DNA of 64,000 nucleotides from Verrucomicrobiota bacterium (GTDB taxonomy: Bacteria; Verrucomicrobiota; Verrucomicrobiia; Verrucomicrobiales; V1-33): NCBI GenBank assembly GCA_040387795.1, contig JAZKDC010000011.1, positions 104,561 through 168,560 of the forward strand. Reading direction: 5' to 3'. Positions 1-8,022 of the stretch are shown here, one piece after another (positions within the stretch are counted from its first letter, which is position 1; each line of letters opens with the position of its first letter). Under the pieces are notes generated by a model. The model was not told where the DNA came from, ran no database searches, and was given only the letters and a program-made list of their open reading frames with translations. The position numbers and the translations under genes are program-made.

Positions 1-176
1 GGGAGAAGGGAAGGGTGAGGTTGATCCCAAAGGACGCGGCCTTTGATCAAGGTCAGGGTAAAGGGTGGGAGAAGGAGCCGGGGAGTTTGGCAAAACCCTC
101 CCTGGAAGTGGGGCAAACCTCCGCGTGGGTTGGATCAAGGGGCGGGACAATCCTGGGCAAAGCTGGTGCGGGAGTT

Positions 177-244
177 GGGCAGCCTTGGTAGATGAAAGGG
201 GCGAACCGCAGAGAGCGCAGAGAGCGCGGCACGCCCAGTGGTGG
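177..244. repeat. Copy 1 of a ~66-nt G-rich dispersed intergenic repeat (core GATGAARGGG..CAGAGARCGCAGAGAKCGCGG)
   Basis: By-eye alignment with 1737-1802 gives roughly 75-80% identity in the same orientation. Weaker similarity extends about 20-30 nt upstream (AGCTGGYG..). Confidence 0.7.
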
Positions 245-253
245 ATCAGCCCT

Positions 254-1615
254 TCAAGGGTCACGGGGAGCGGGGCGGTCGGCTCCACTTTGCCCGAATT
301 CAATCGGCCCTTTTTCCGTTTTGGCCCAGCCGAGATTGCGCACTTTCTCCGCTGGAACGGGATGTGAGGAGATGACCGTGATGAGCCGCAGGCCATCGGT
401 GATGTAGGGATCGCCGGTAAGGTTGGTGCGCGGGTGCCCGGGGGGCGCGGGGGCGAAGGCGCGGACGAAGCCGAAGGTCCCGACGCGGTAACGGAAGAGC
501 AGGCTCTCGAGCAGATACTGGCGGGCTTCGTCCACCATCGGATCAATGACGTGCGTGGTCAGGGTGGAGGATTTCCGGGTGAGCTTCATGCCGATATCGC
601 GGCTGACCTGGCCGACCCATACCGGGCTCCCTTCGAAGGTGTAAGGAGCGAGCCAGAGGCGCATGTGATTCCGCTGCGCGATGTTCTGGCGCGAGCGCTG
701 AAAGGCGAGGTCCTGCTTCCGGCCGAAGAGATAGAGCGAACTCACGGGCGCGGTCAGGTAGGGTTTGCCTCTCAGGGCGGCGGAGATCATGTGCCGGACG
801 GTGGTGCCGTCGATCCGATGGGTGAAGGACCAGCCGCATTCCGACAGCGCGGCCATGATCTGCGCGGACTCTCCGACGAGGACGATATTGAGCGGATCGC
901 CCGCCGCAGAGCCGGTGGCGTTGGTGGCGGTGGCTGGCAGTTCCTCGAGGCGCTGGCGCAATTGGCTGCGGGTGAGGCCTGGCCGCTTTTCCCCGGCGTA
1001 GATTTTCGCTGGATCCATCTTCTCGAAGTCGAAATGCCCGTCGGGCGTGCGCAGGGGAAAACCAAAACGCCGCTCCCGTCCGTTCCCGTTGATGGTCACC
1101 TGGACGAAGCGCCCGCCCGCGCTGCGCGGCAGCAGGATATGGCCTTCATACGTCCCGCCGGGGGCGAGCCGCGAGCGCATGGCGAGATCGCGGAAGCGCT
1201 GTTGGGTGCGTTCCAATCCGAGCCGGCCCCACCCGCCGCGGAAGAGATAGGCGGCCTCGTCCGCGGTGAAATACTCCGGGTCCATGTTGGCGGTGAGCAG
1301 CCAGTTTTGGTCCGGGGTGTGATTCACGACGCGCAGCCAGACGGCTTGCAGTCCTTTGCTGGCGAGGTTCACGCCGTAATGCCGGCGCGCTTCATCATCA
1401 GGCAGCAGGTCTGCGGAAACGGTCACCCCATCGATGGCCTGGGTCTGGATGCGATCCGCGCTGGCCAGAACGGCCCCTGCCGCGGGTCCGGAGCGCCCGG
1501 CGGGTGAGGCGCAAGCGCCGAGCAGAAGCAGGCAGAGACCAGCGAGCGCGGCGCGGCCGGGGAAGGCCGGGCATCGGGGGCTGCTGGTGAGGGATTCCGG
1601 TGGCGGGGGAGGCAT
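254..1615 (-). CDS. LssY-like C-terminal domain lipoprotein (function unknown)
   Basis: 453-aa ORF with an ATG start and a lipoprotein-type signal (AGLCLLLLGAC). The C-terminal half has blocks I associate with the LssY_C family (DPLNIVLVGES..ECGWSF, RNHMRLWLAP, VGQVSRDIG). Confidence 0.65.
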   Translation of the reverse strand: MPPPPPESLTSSPRCPAFPGRAALAGLCLLLLGACASPAGRSGPAAGAVLASADRIQTQAIDGVTVSADLLPDDEARRHYGVNLASKGLQAVWLRVVNHTPDQNWLLTANMDPEYFTADEAAYLFRGGWGRLGLERTQQRFRDLAMRSRLAPGGTYEGHILLPRSAGGRFVQVTINGNGRERRFGFPLRTPDGHFDFEKMDPAKIYAGEKRPGLTRSQLRQRLEELPATATNATGSAAGDPLNIVLVGESAQIMAALSECGWSFTHRIDGTTVRHMISAALRGKPYLTAPVSSLYLFGRKQDLAFQRSRQNIAQRNHMRLWLAPYTFEGSPVWVGQVSRDIGMKLTRKSSTLTTHVIDPMVDEARQYLLESLLFRYRVGTFGFVRAFAPAPPGHPRTNLTGDPYITDGLRLITVISSHPVPAEKVRNLGWAKTEKGPIEFGQSGADRPAPRDP

Positions 1616-1736
1616 CGTGTTGCAGAAAAGCCGCCGGCTAAAATCCGATGACTTTGTCGACCTTCAGCTGCCACTTGGCCTCATCAGGCACAAGCTGGGA
1701 TTGCAGCTGGCGGAGCCTGGCGGTGGGTGGGGAGGC

Positions 1737-1802
1737 GGGCAGCTTGGGTGGATGAAGGGGGGAAACCACAGAGAACGCAGAGATCGCGGAGGGTCCTGGT
1801 GG
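1737..1802. repeat. Copy 2 of the ~66-nt G-rich dispersed repeat
   Basis: GGGCAGCTTGGGTGGATGAAGGGGGGAAACCACAGAGAACGCAGAGATCGCGGAGGGTCCTGGTGG aligns with 177-244. The two copies bracket the LssY-like gene as direct repeats. Confidence 0.7.
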
Positions 1803-1810
1803 AGGGCAGC

Positions 1811-1833
1811 GGTCAGTGGTCAGTGGTCAGTGG
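1811..1833. repeat. Heptamer microsatellite (GGTCAGT)x3
   Basis: The sequence ggtcagtggtcagtggtcagtgg is read directly. It is preceded by the 13-mer GGGCAGCGGTCAG (1804-1816), which recurs at 22707-22719. Confidence 0.9.
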
Positions 1834-2069
1834 CAGGATCTCCCACCCGCCGTGGCCTGGCGCTCATCCGGCTCTGGGCCATTCCCGCTGAATCATGACG
1901 AGACTGGCCAAGGCAAATTGCAGGACTGAGAAGCAGAATGCAGCGGGTTGCTGGGGTCGGCAGGTTGGTCTGCCCCGATCCTGAGCGGGCGCGCCATTGG
2001 CATGGGGCCTGCAAATTTGCTACCCGCTTCTTTGAAGCCGAACCCAAACCCAAACCCCCCATCGAAGCC

Positions 2070-2624
2070 ATGAAACCGATCACAACCCTCTGCAGACTTT
2101 CAGTCCTGCTCCTGGCCTTTGCAGGGCTGTCCCCGCAGCCAGCTCCGGCCAATGAACCAGCACCCACCCAGGCGGCTACCGTATTCGAGGTGAACTTCAT
2201 GACCGGCATGATCCACCATCACCTGATGGGAGTGGAAATGGCCGAAATCTGTCTCGAAAATGCCGTCACCCCCGAACTGGAGGATCTGTGTCACAGCATC
2301 GTCGAAGTCCAAACCGCCGAAGCCGAGACCATGAAAAACTGGCTGAACGATTGGTATGGCATCGAATACGAAGACAAACCAAAACCCGGGCATATGAAAG
2401 CCATGGCCCGTCTGGCGGGACTGACCGGGGCGGCATTCGAGATCGAATTCATGGAAATGATGATCCGGCACCACGCTGCGGCGATCCGCGAGGCTGGCCA
2501 CTGCGAGCGCCGCGGTTACCATGAGGCCCTGAAGGAACTGTGCGCCTCCATCGCCGAATCCCAGGCGGAGGAGATCGAACTGATGGAGAGCTGGCTCTGC
2601 GATTGGTATGGCGAGTGCCACTGA
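2070..2624 (+). CDS. DUF305 family secreted metal (copper)-associated protein
   Basis: An internal ATG at 2070 gives the signal peptide MKPITTLCRLSVLLLAFAG. There are two copies of the DUF305-type His-rich helix (FMTGMIHHHLMGVEMAE and FMEMMIRHHAAAIREAG). Confidence 0.75.
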   Translation: MKPITTLCRLSVLLLAFAGLSPQPAPANEPAPTQAATVFEVNFMTGMIHHHLMGVEMAEICLENAVTPELEDLCHSIVEVQTAEAETMKNWLNDWYGIEYEDKPKPGHMKAMARLAGLTGAAFEIEFMEMMIRHHAAAIREAGHCERRGYHEALKELCASIAESQAEEIELMESWLCDWYGECH

Positions 2625-2740
2625 GAACCCTTTCAGATCAAGGGTAACCCGATCTGGAACAGCGGGCCGGGCGGATGGCACCCGGCCCGCTGCCGGCCAG
2701 GAACCCAACGCCATCAACCTCAATCCCACAACCTGACGCC

Positions 2741-3058
2741 ATGAACCCGAACTCAAACCAATCGTGTATCAATGCCTGCCAAGCCTGCATCCTCGCCTGT
2801 GAGGAGTGCTTCGCCGCCATGGTCACCCGTGGATCGGACAATCGATGTCCGGCCTGCTGCCGCGAGTGCGTCCAGATCTGCGCGCTGTATATCAGTGCCA
2901 TGATCGGCGATAGTCCCTTCAGCCCGCAGATTTGCCGCCTTTGCGCCGAAATCTGCGAAGACTGCGCGGTCAACTGCCGCGCGCATGAACATGACCACTG
3001 CCAGCGCTGTGCCGATGCCTGCGAGGCCTGCGCCCGTGTGTGCCAGGACATGTCCTGA
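2741..3058 (+). CDS. Cys-rich four-helix-bundle copper-binding protein (DUF326 / Csp3-like)
   Basis: 105 aa from ATG 2741 with 20 Cys in CxxxC/CxxC register (CINACQACILACEEC, CPACCRECVQIC, CRLCAEICEDCAVNC, CQRCADACEACARVC). No signal peptide. Confidence 0.75.
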   Translation: MNPNSNQSCINACQACILACEECFAAMVTRGSDNRCPACCRECVQICALYISAMIGDSPFSPQICRLCAEICEDCAVNCRAHEHDHCQRCADACEACARVCQDMS

Positions 3059-3194
3059 CATGCGATGACATGAGATGAGATGACCCAATCAACCGGGACT
3101 GGGAAGTCGGATCGTGCTTTCACCCCTCCAGGGTGGGGGGTTCTCGTTTCGTTGATTCCGGTGGTTTCGCTCACGCTCAATCACCGGCTAATAG

Positions 3195-4259
3195 CTAAGA
3201 TCCCTCCGGGATGCGCCGCCCCGCCGCACGGACTACATCCGTTCGAAAGGGATGCGGCCGCAAGGCCGAGGCGGCATAACATCCCGGGCCACCTTGCTTC
3301 CGGGGGACGGGCCTGTCAGAAGGACGGGTTTTTTTGAGGGTGACGAAGACAAATGCAATATAACAGGCCAACAGGACAAATCCGCGCCAGCGACCCAGCC
3401 ATCCGCTCCGGCCTGGCCAGATCATCAGGGTAGTGACGACGCCGAAGATAAGACCCGGCATGAGCTCCGGCCGTTTCACGGGAAACGGATGAATGAGGGC
3501 CGCGAGGGCCGCGATGAAGAGGGCGTTGAAGATATTGCTGCCCAGAATATTGCCCAAGCCTACATCGTGATGCCCGCGGATCCGCGAAATGATGGTGGTC
3601 GCCAACTCCGGGGTGCCGGTGGCGACCGCGACGACCACGGCTCCGACGAGGAAAGGACTCCAGCCGAGGGCGAGGGCGACCCCTTTCCCTCCATGCACCA
3701 CGAGCTGGGCCGCTGCGATGAGCAATGCCAGCCCGCCCACCACCCGCAGGACAATGGTGAGGGGAGCCGCCCGGCCTGCCTCGAGCACTTCCTCGACATT
3801 CCTCGCCCGGTGCCGCCGGGCATGCCGCACCACCATGGTCAGCCACAGGGCAAAAAGTCCCATCAGGATCAAGGCATCTAACCGCGAGAACCACCCATCC
3901 CACAGCACCGCAGCCAGGACAAAGGGGACGGCGAGGGCGCAGGCCCAGTCCCGGCGCACGCCGGCATCCTCCGCCTTCATGCCGGACCACGACAGCACCA
4001 GGGCCAGGACCAGGGCGATGTTCAGCACGTTGCTCCCCACCACATCGCCCAACGAAATTTCCGGCACCCCATCCGCTGCGGCTTGAATGGCGACCATCAG
4101 CTCCGGCGATGAAGTGCCAAATGCGGCCACGGTCACCCCGATCACGGCCACCGGCCAGCGGGCCCATCTTGCCAGACCGACTGACCCATCCACAAAAAGC
4201 GAACCACCGAACCAGGCCAGTACCACACCGGCCAACAGGAGTAGAATGGAGTATGTCAT
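3195..4259 (-). CDS. Ca2+/Na+ antiporter, CaCA (YrbG-like) family
   Basis: Two alpha-repeat signatures (GTSSPELMVAI..GSNVLN and GTPELATTI..GSNIFN) in a polytopic membrane protein. Start placed at ATG 4259 (MTYSILLLLAG); the longer ORF to 4361 has a non-membrane leader. Confidence 0.8.
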   Translation of the reverse strand: MTYSILLLLAGVVLAWFGGSLFVDGSVGLARWARWPVAVIGVTVAAFGTSSPELMVAIQAAADGVPEISLGDVVGSNVLNIALVLALVLSWSGMKAEDAGVRRDWACALAVPFVLAAVLWDGWFSRLDALILMGLFALWLTMVVRHARRHRARNVEEVLEAGRAAPLTIVLRVVGGLALLIAAAQLVVHGGKGVALALGWSPFLVGAVVVAVATGTPELATTIISRIRGHHDVGLGNILGSNIFNALFIAALAALIHPFPVKRPELMPGLIFGVVTTLMIWPGRSGWLGRWRGFVLLACYIAFVFVTLKKTRPSDRPVPRKQGGPGCYAASALRPHPFRTDVVRAAGRRIPEGS

Positions 4260-4524
4260 GGAGAGGGAAGCCACAGGACCCGCCCCATGCTGGCCCACCA
4301 GCGGCTGCTGGCAAGTGAATGGACACTCCCTGGGGTCGGCCTCGGCCAGCCATCCCGTCACCTGGAAGGACGGAGAAATCTTCAGGAAGGCCCTGAAATA
4401 CCACTAGCAGGCCCGGGCAGGGATCGCTGAAAATACCGCAAATCAATCGCCGCGGTTTGCCGGCACCAGCCGGAGCCCTCCCGGACTACCGGACGACCCG
4501 CCTCCACCAAAAAATCACGTCATC

Positions 4525-5487
4525 ATGAAAACCAGCCATCTCCTGCCGCTCCTGTTTTCCTCCGCCGTGCTCGTGGGGACGGTCGTGTTGAACTCCCAGG
4601 AACCCACTGTCAGGACCCCCACGGTGGAGGACCTGGCGAAGGACAATAAACTCTTCCTTTCCCTCGCCTCCAAAACCCTGAAGTGGGAAGAGCCTGCCCC
4701 ACCCGTGCAGATCGCCGGACCGCTCTATTTTGTGGGCACCAAAGGACTGGGCGCCTATCTCTTTGTCACCTCCGCGGGGAATATCCTGCTTAACACCGGG
4801 ATGCCTTCGTCCGGGCCGATGATCGTCGAGTCGATCCGGAAACTCGGCTTCAAGCCGGAGGACATCAAGCTGCTGATCAACGGCCACGCGCACTCGGACC
4901 ATGCGGGGGCGCATGCTTTCTTCCGGGAGCTGACCGGAGCGCGGACCGCCATCATGCGGGAGGACGTGCGGGCCATGGAAGATGGCGGAAAGGATGACTT
5001 CCACTACGGCTGGGATTGGCAGGTGATGGGCTTCCCACCGTGCCCGGTGGATCGCGTCCTGCGCGATGGCGACACCATCACGATGGGGGACGTGCAGCTG
5101 ACGGCGCTGCACACGCCGGGCCACACCCGTGGCGCTACGACCTGGGTGGCCAACCTGGTGGCCGACGGCCAGGCGCTCACGGTCGTCTGGCCGGACGGGG
5201 GCGGCTTCAACCCCGGCTACCGCGTGGCGAAGGATCCGTCCTATCCGGGTATCACCGACGACTACCGCCGCACCCTTCATCGTCTCGAAATGCTCAAGCC
5301 TGACATTTTCGTTGCCGCGCATACCGAGTGGTTTGGCTATGAGGAGAAGCAAAAACGGGCCGCGACCGAAGGAGTGGGGGCGTGGATCAATCCCGGGGAA
5401 TACCGGCGCTTTGTGGCGAAGCAGAAGATCGCCTTTGAACAACAGGTGGATCGGGAATGGGGGGGCGCGGAGCCCACGGGCCGCTGA
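4525..5487 (+). CDS. Metallo-beta-lactamase fold hydrolase, subclass B3-like, secreted
   Basis: Signal peptide MKTSHLLPLLFSSAVLVG. Zn-ligand motifs HAHSDHAG (HxHxDH), TPGHTRG and AAHTEW are in the order and spacing typical of B3 enzymes. Confidence 0.75.
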   Translation: MKTSHLLPLLFSSAVLVGTVVLNSQEPTVRTPTVEDLAKDNKLFLSLASKTLKWEEPAPPVQIAGPLYFVGTKGLGAYLFVTSAGNILLNTGMPSSGPMIVESIRKLGFKPEDIKLLINGHAHSDHAGAHAFFRELTGARTAIMREDVRAMEDGGKDDFHYGWDWQVMGFPPCPVDRVLRDGDTITMGDVQLTALHTPGHTRGATTWVANLVADGQALTVVWPDGGGFNPGYRVAKDPSYPGITDDYRRTLHRLEMLKPDIFVAAHTEWFGYEEKQKRAATEGVGAWINPGEYRRFVAKQKIAFEQQVDREWGGAEPTGR

Positions 5488-5500
5488 TCCAGCCAGCTCC

Positions 5501-5980
5501 TCAGGGCTGGGGACGACGGTAGCCGACGAGGTAAAGCATGGTGCCTTTCGGGGCCTTGAATTCCGTGGGAAAGGCGGTGCCGGAAAGATCATAACAGACG
5601 CGCAGCGATTCCGCGTTTTTCATCTCGTAGATGGCGAGGAAGGTCTTGCCCTTGTTGGGCCCGGAGGTGCTGGTGATGGTCATGCGTTTGGGGGTGGTGG
5701 TCAGGTCCAGCACACAACTGCCCCGGTCCGGTTCTGCCTCGCCGGTCACCGCGACTTCATACTGGTCCCCCGTGATCTTCAGGGTGATGGCCTGGAGCGC
5801 CGCCTCCGGCAACCGCACCCCGCCCATCACCGCCGCGATCGGTTTCCAGGTTCCTTCCTGCGTCGGCAGAAGGGGTTTGGCGGCCTCTGGCGTCGCTGGC
5901 GCCGGCACTTCCGCGGCCGGGGCTGGCAGGCCGGATCCTGCGAAGAACAGGCCGAGACACAAGAAGTGAGGAATGGTCAT
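5501..5980 (-). CDS. TIGR03067 domain protein (PVC-group family of unknown function)
   Basis: Signal peptide from ATG 5980 (MTIPHFLCLGLFFAG). Blocks GTWKPIAAVMGG..LP, GDQYEV, GPNKGKTFLAIYE, LRVCYDL and FPTEFKAP match my memory of TIGR03067. Confidence 0.7.
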   Translation of the reverse strand: MTIPHFLCLGLFFAGSGLPAPAAEVPAPATPEAAKPLLPTQEGTWKPIAAVMGGVRLPEAALQAITLKITGDQYEVAVTGEAEPDRGSCVLDLTTTPKRMTITSTSGPNKGKTFLAIYEMKNAESLRVCYDLSGTAFPTEFKAPKGTMLYLVGYRRPQP

Positions 5981-6027
5981 GGCGGACAGAGTGACGGGAA
6001 TGCGGTGGGGTGTCGACAGAAAACCGG

Positions 6028-7365
6028 TCACGGCTGGAGGATTTCGTGCCCGGGCTCATACCAGGTCTGCCTTGTGAGGGGCAGGCCCAGCTGGCCGGAG
6101 GCGGGGAGTTTGGCGAGGAGCGTTTGATAGAGGGCGAGACCGCCATACTCAAAGGCGTGGGCGCTGCCTGCCATATAAAGCCGCCAGACGCGGTAGGTGG
6201 CTTCATTGACATACTTCAGGGCTTCCTCGTGCTGGGCGGCGAGGCGGCGGCCCCAGTGGCGCAAAGTCAGGGCGTAGTGCTCGCGCAGGTTTTCCACATC
6301 CCGCACTTCAAACCCCGCCGCCTCCGCATCCGCCGTGGTGGCCCGGATGGGCGGCAGATCGGTGTCAGGGAAGACGTATTCATTGATGAAGGAAGGGCCC
6401 TGGGACGGCCGGTAGCGCGGGCCTTCCCCGATGGCGTGATTCAGGAACAGGCCACCGGGCTTCAACAGCCCATACACCGTCCGGAAATAGGCAGGCAGGT
6501 TTTCCAGGCCGACATGCTCGGCCATGCCCACACTCACGATCGCGTCGAACCCTTCCGGTTCCTCAATTTCCCGGTAATCCAGCAGATCCAGATGGATGTG
6601 GCCGGTCAGGCCCTCGCGTTTCACCCGGGCGGTGCCCTCCTCATACTGCCGTCCGCTCAACGTCACGCCCACGACTTCCACGCCATAGTGCTGGGCGGCA
6701 TAGACCGCGAAGCCGCCCCAGCCGCAGCCGATGTCCAGCACCCGTTGGCCGGGGCGCAGCTGGAGCTTCCGGCAGAGCAGGGCGAACTTGGCGGTCTGGG
6801 CGTTTTCCAGACTCTGGTCTGCGTGCTGGAAATAGGCGCAGGAATAGACCATATTTGCATCCAGCCACAGTTTGTAGAAATCATTCGACACATCATAGTG
6901 GAAGGAAACTGCCTCGCGGTCACGTGTCAGGGTGTGGTGCTTTTTTTGACGGCTGAAAAAAGACCGGCCACCGGCGGCGGCAGGGCCGGAGTGAGGGAGC
7001 TGGCGCAGCAGATTCGCCAGCTGGAGGGATTGGGTCCAGCCCAGCCCTTTGGCGAGGACGTCGGACAATTCAAAAGCGGTTTCGAATTCCCCCTCAATAT
7101 CGAAATCATGGTGCACATAGGCTTCGGCCAGCCCCATCTCGGAGCCTTGGGAAAACATGCTGCGCAGGGCGCCGGGGTGGTTGAGTTGCAGGGTCGCGGG
7201 CCGGGGAGCGCCGTCCGGCCAGCAGGTGCCGTCCCACAGCCGGATGCCCACCCTCGGCAGCTCCGTGCTGGCAAACAGCTGATCCAGAAAACGCACGCTG
7301 GCCTCGGTGGCGACACCAACCGGGGGCAGGGCGGGCGGGACGGTGGGAAGGGAGCTCGTATTCAT
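6028..7365 (-). CDS. cfa: Cyclopropane-fatty-acyl-phospholipid synthase family SAM methyltransferase
   Basis: SAM motif VLDIGCGWGGFAVYAA and full-length CFA/mycolate cyclopropane synthase-like blocks (HYDVSNDFYKLWLD, MVYSCAYF, LENAQ..K). Start at ATG 7365 (MNTSSLP). Confidence 0.8.
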   Translation of the reverse strand: MNTSSLPTVPPALPPVGVATEASVRFLDQLFASTELPRVGIRLWDGTCWPDGAPRPATLQLNHPGALRSMFSQGSEMGLAEAYVHHDFDIEGEFETAFELSDVLAKGLGWTQSLQLANLLRQLPHSGPAAAGGRSFFSRQKKHHTLTRDREAVSFHYDVSNDFYKLWLDANMVYSCAYFQHADQSLENAQTAKFALLCRKLQLRPGQRVLDIGCGWGGFAVYAAQHYGVEVVGVTLSGRQYEEGTARVKREGLTGHIHLDLLDYREIEEPEGFDAIVSVGMAEHVGLENLPAYFRTVYGLLKPGGLFLNHAIGEGPRYRPSQGPSFINEYVFPDTDLPPIRATTADAEAAGFEVRDVENLREHYALTLRHWGRRLAAQHEEALKYVNEATYRVWRLYMAGSAHAFEYGGLALYQTLLAKLPASGQLGLPLTRQTWYEPGHEILQP

Positions 7366-7395
7366 GGGTTTGGATTTCCGGGGTTTCAGGGAAAG
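7366..7395. repeat. 30-nt motif GGGTTTGGATTTCCGGGGTTTCAGGGAAAG abutting the cfa start codon (copy 1)
   Basis: A near-identical 29-mer occurs at 12914-12942. Similarity continues into the first cfa codons. Confidence 0.7.
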
Positions 7396-8022
7396 CGGAG
7401 AAGAGAAATCATGCGCCGCCGCCGCGGTGCCGGGGCGGGGCCACCGCATGCCCCGCCGTGGCAGGTCTCAAATAAATTGCCAATTTCATAGCAAGATTGA
7501 GGGTATCGACCGGTCCGGGCTAACTTCACCAAGGATACCGCCGCCGTGCGCTGCGGCAGCCAGGGACTGGGATAGGTCTATTTATAGCCTGGATAGAATC
7601 CTTTGGCAAGAAGCGGGCTGGTGCAACTTGGGGCCGGGGCCGTGCTCGGGAGCCTCCGCCCCCCCCGCTTTTCACTGCCCTTATAACCCTCATGCGGTCT
7701 CCACCCCTGAAGGCATCACTTCCTTCATCTCCCGTTGGGAATCCTCCGGTGGTTCTGAAAAAGCCAACTGCGCTCTGTTCCCGTGATAGGAGATGTGGGA
7801 CCCCTGGTGCTGGCAGATTGAGCGGATGGGGCCGGGAAACGCCCGGCAGAATTTCCCGTATTGTCCGTAGCCAGACAAGAGCCCTGCCGCCGGGCCTATC
7901 TGCATTTCTCATTGACAGCCAAGGCTTTCGGTAGGAAGGAACGGGCCTTTGGCGCCCCCCCCGATGGTCCTTGCATAAGGACCATGCCGCCAAACTGAGA
8001 TGCCAAGGCTGGCGGGGAACTG

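Noticed and set aside
3121-3153. Terminator between the convergent DUF326 and antiporter genes
   Set aside because: There is only a 5-bp stem (CACCC/GGGTG) with an interrupted T-tract, which is too weak to call.
6010-7491. 493-aa plus-strand ORF
   Set aside because: It is fully antisense to the well-supported cfa gene. The translation is Gly/Ala/Arg-rich with no recognisable motifs. This is the typical long antisense frame of high-GC DNA.
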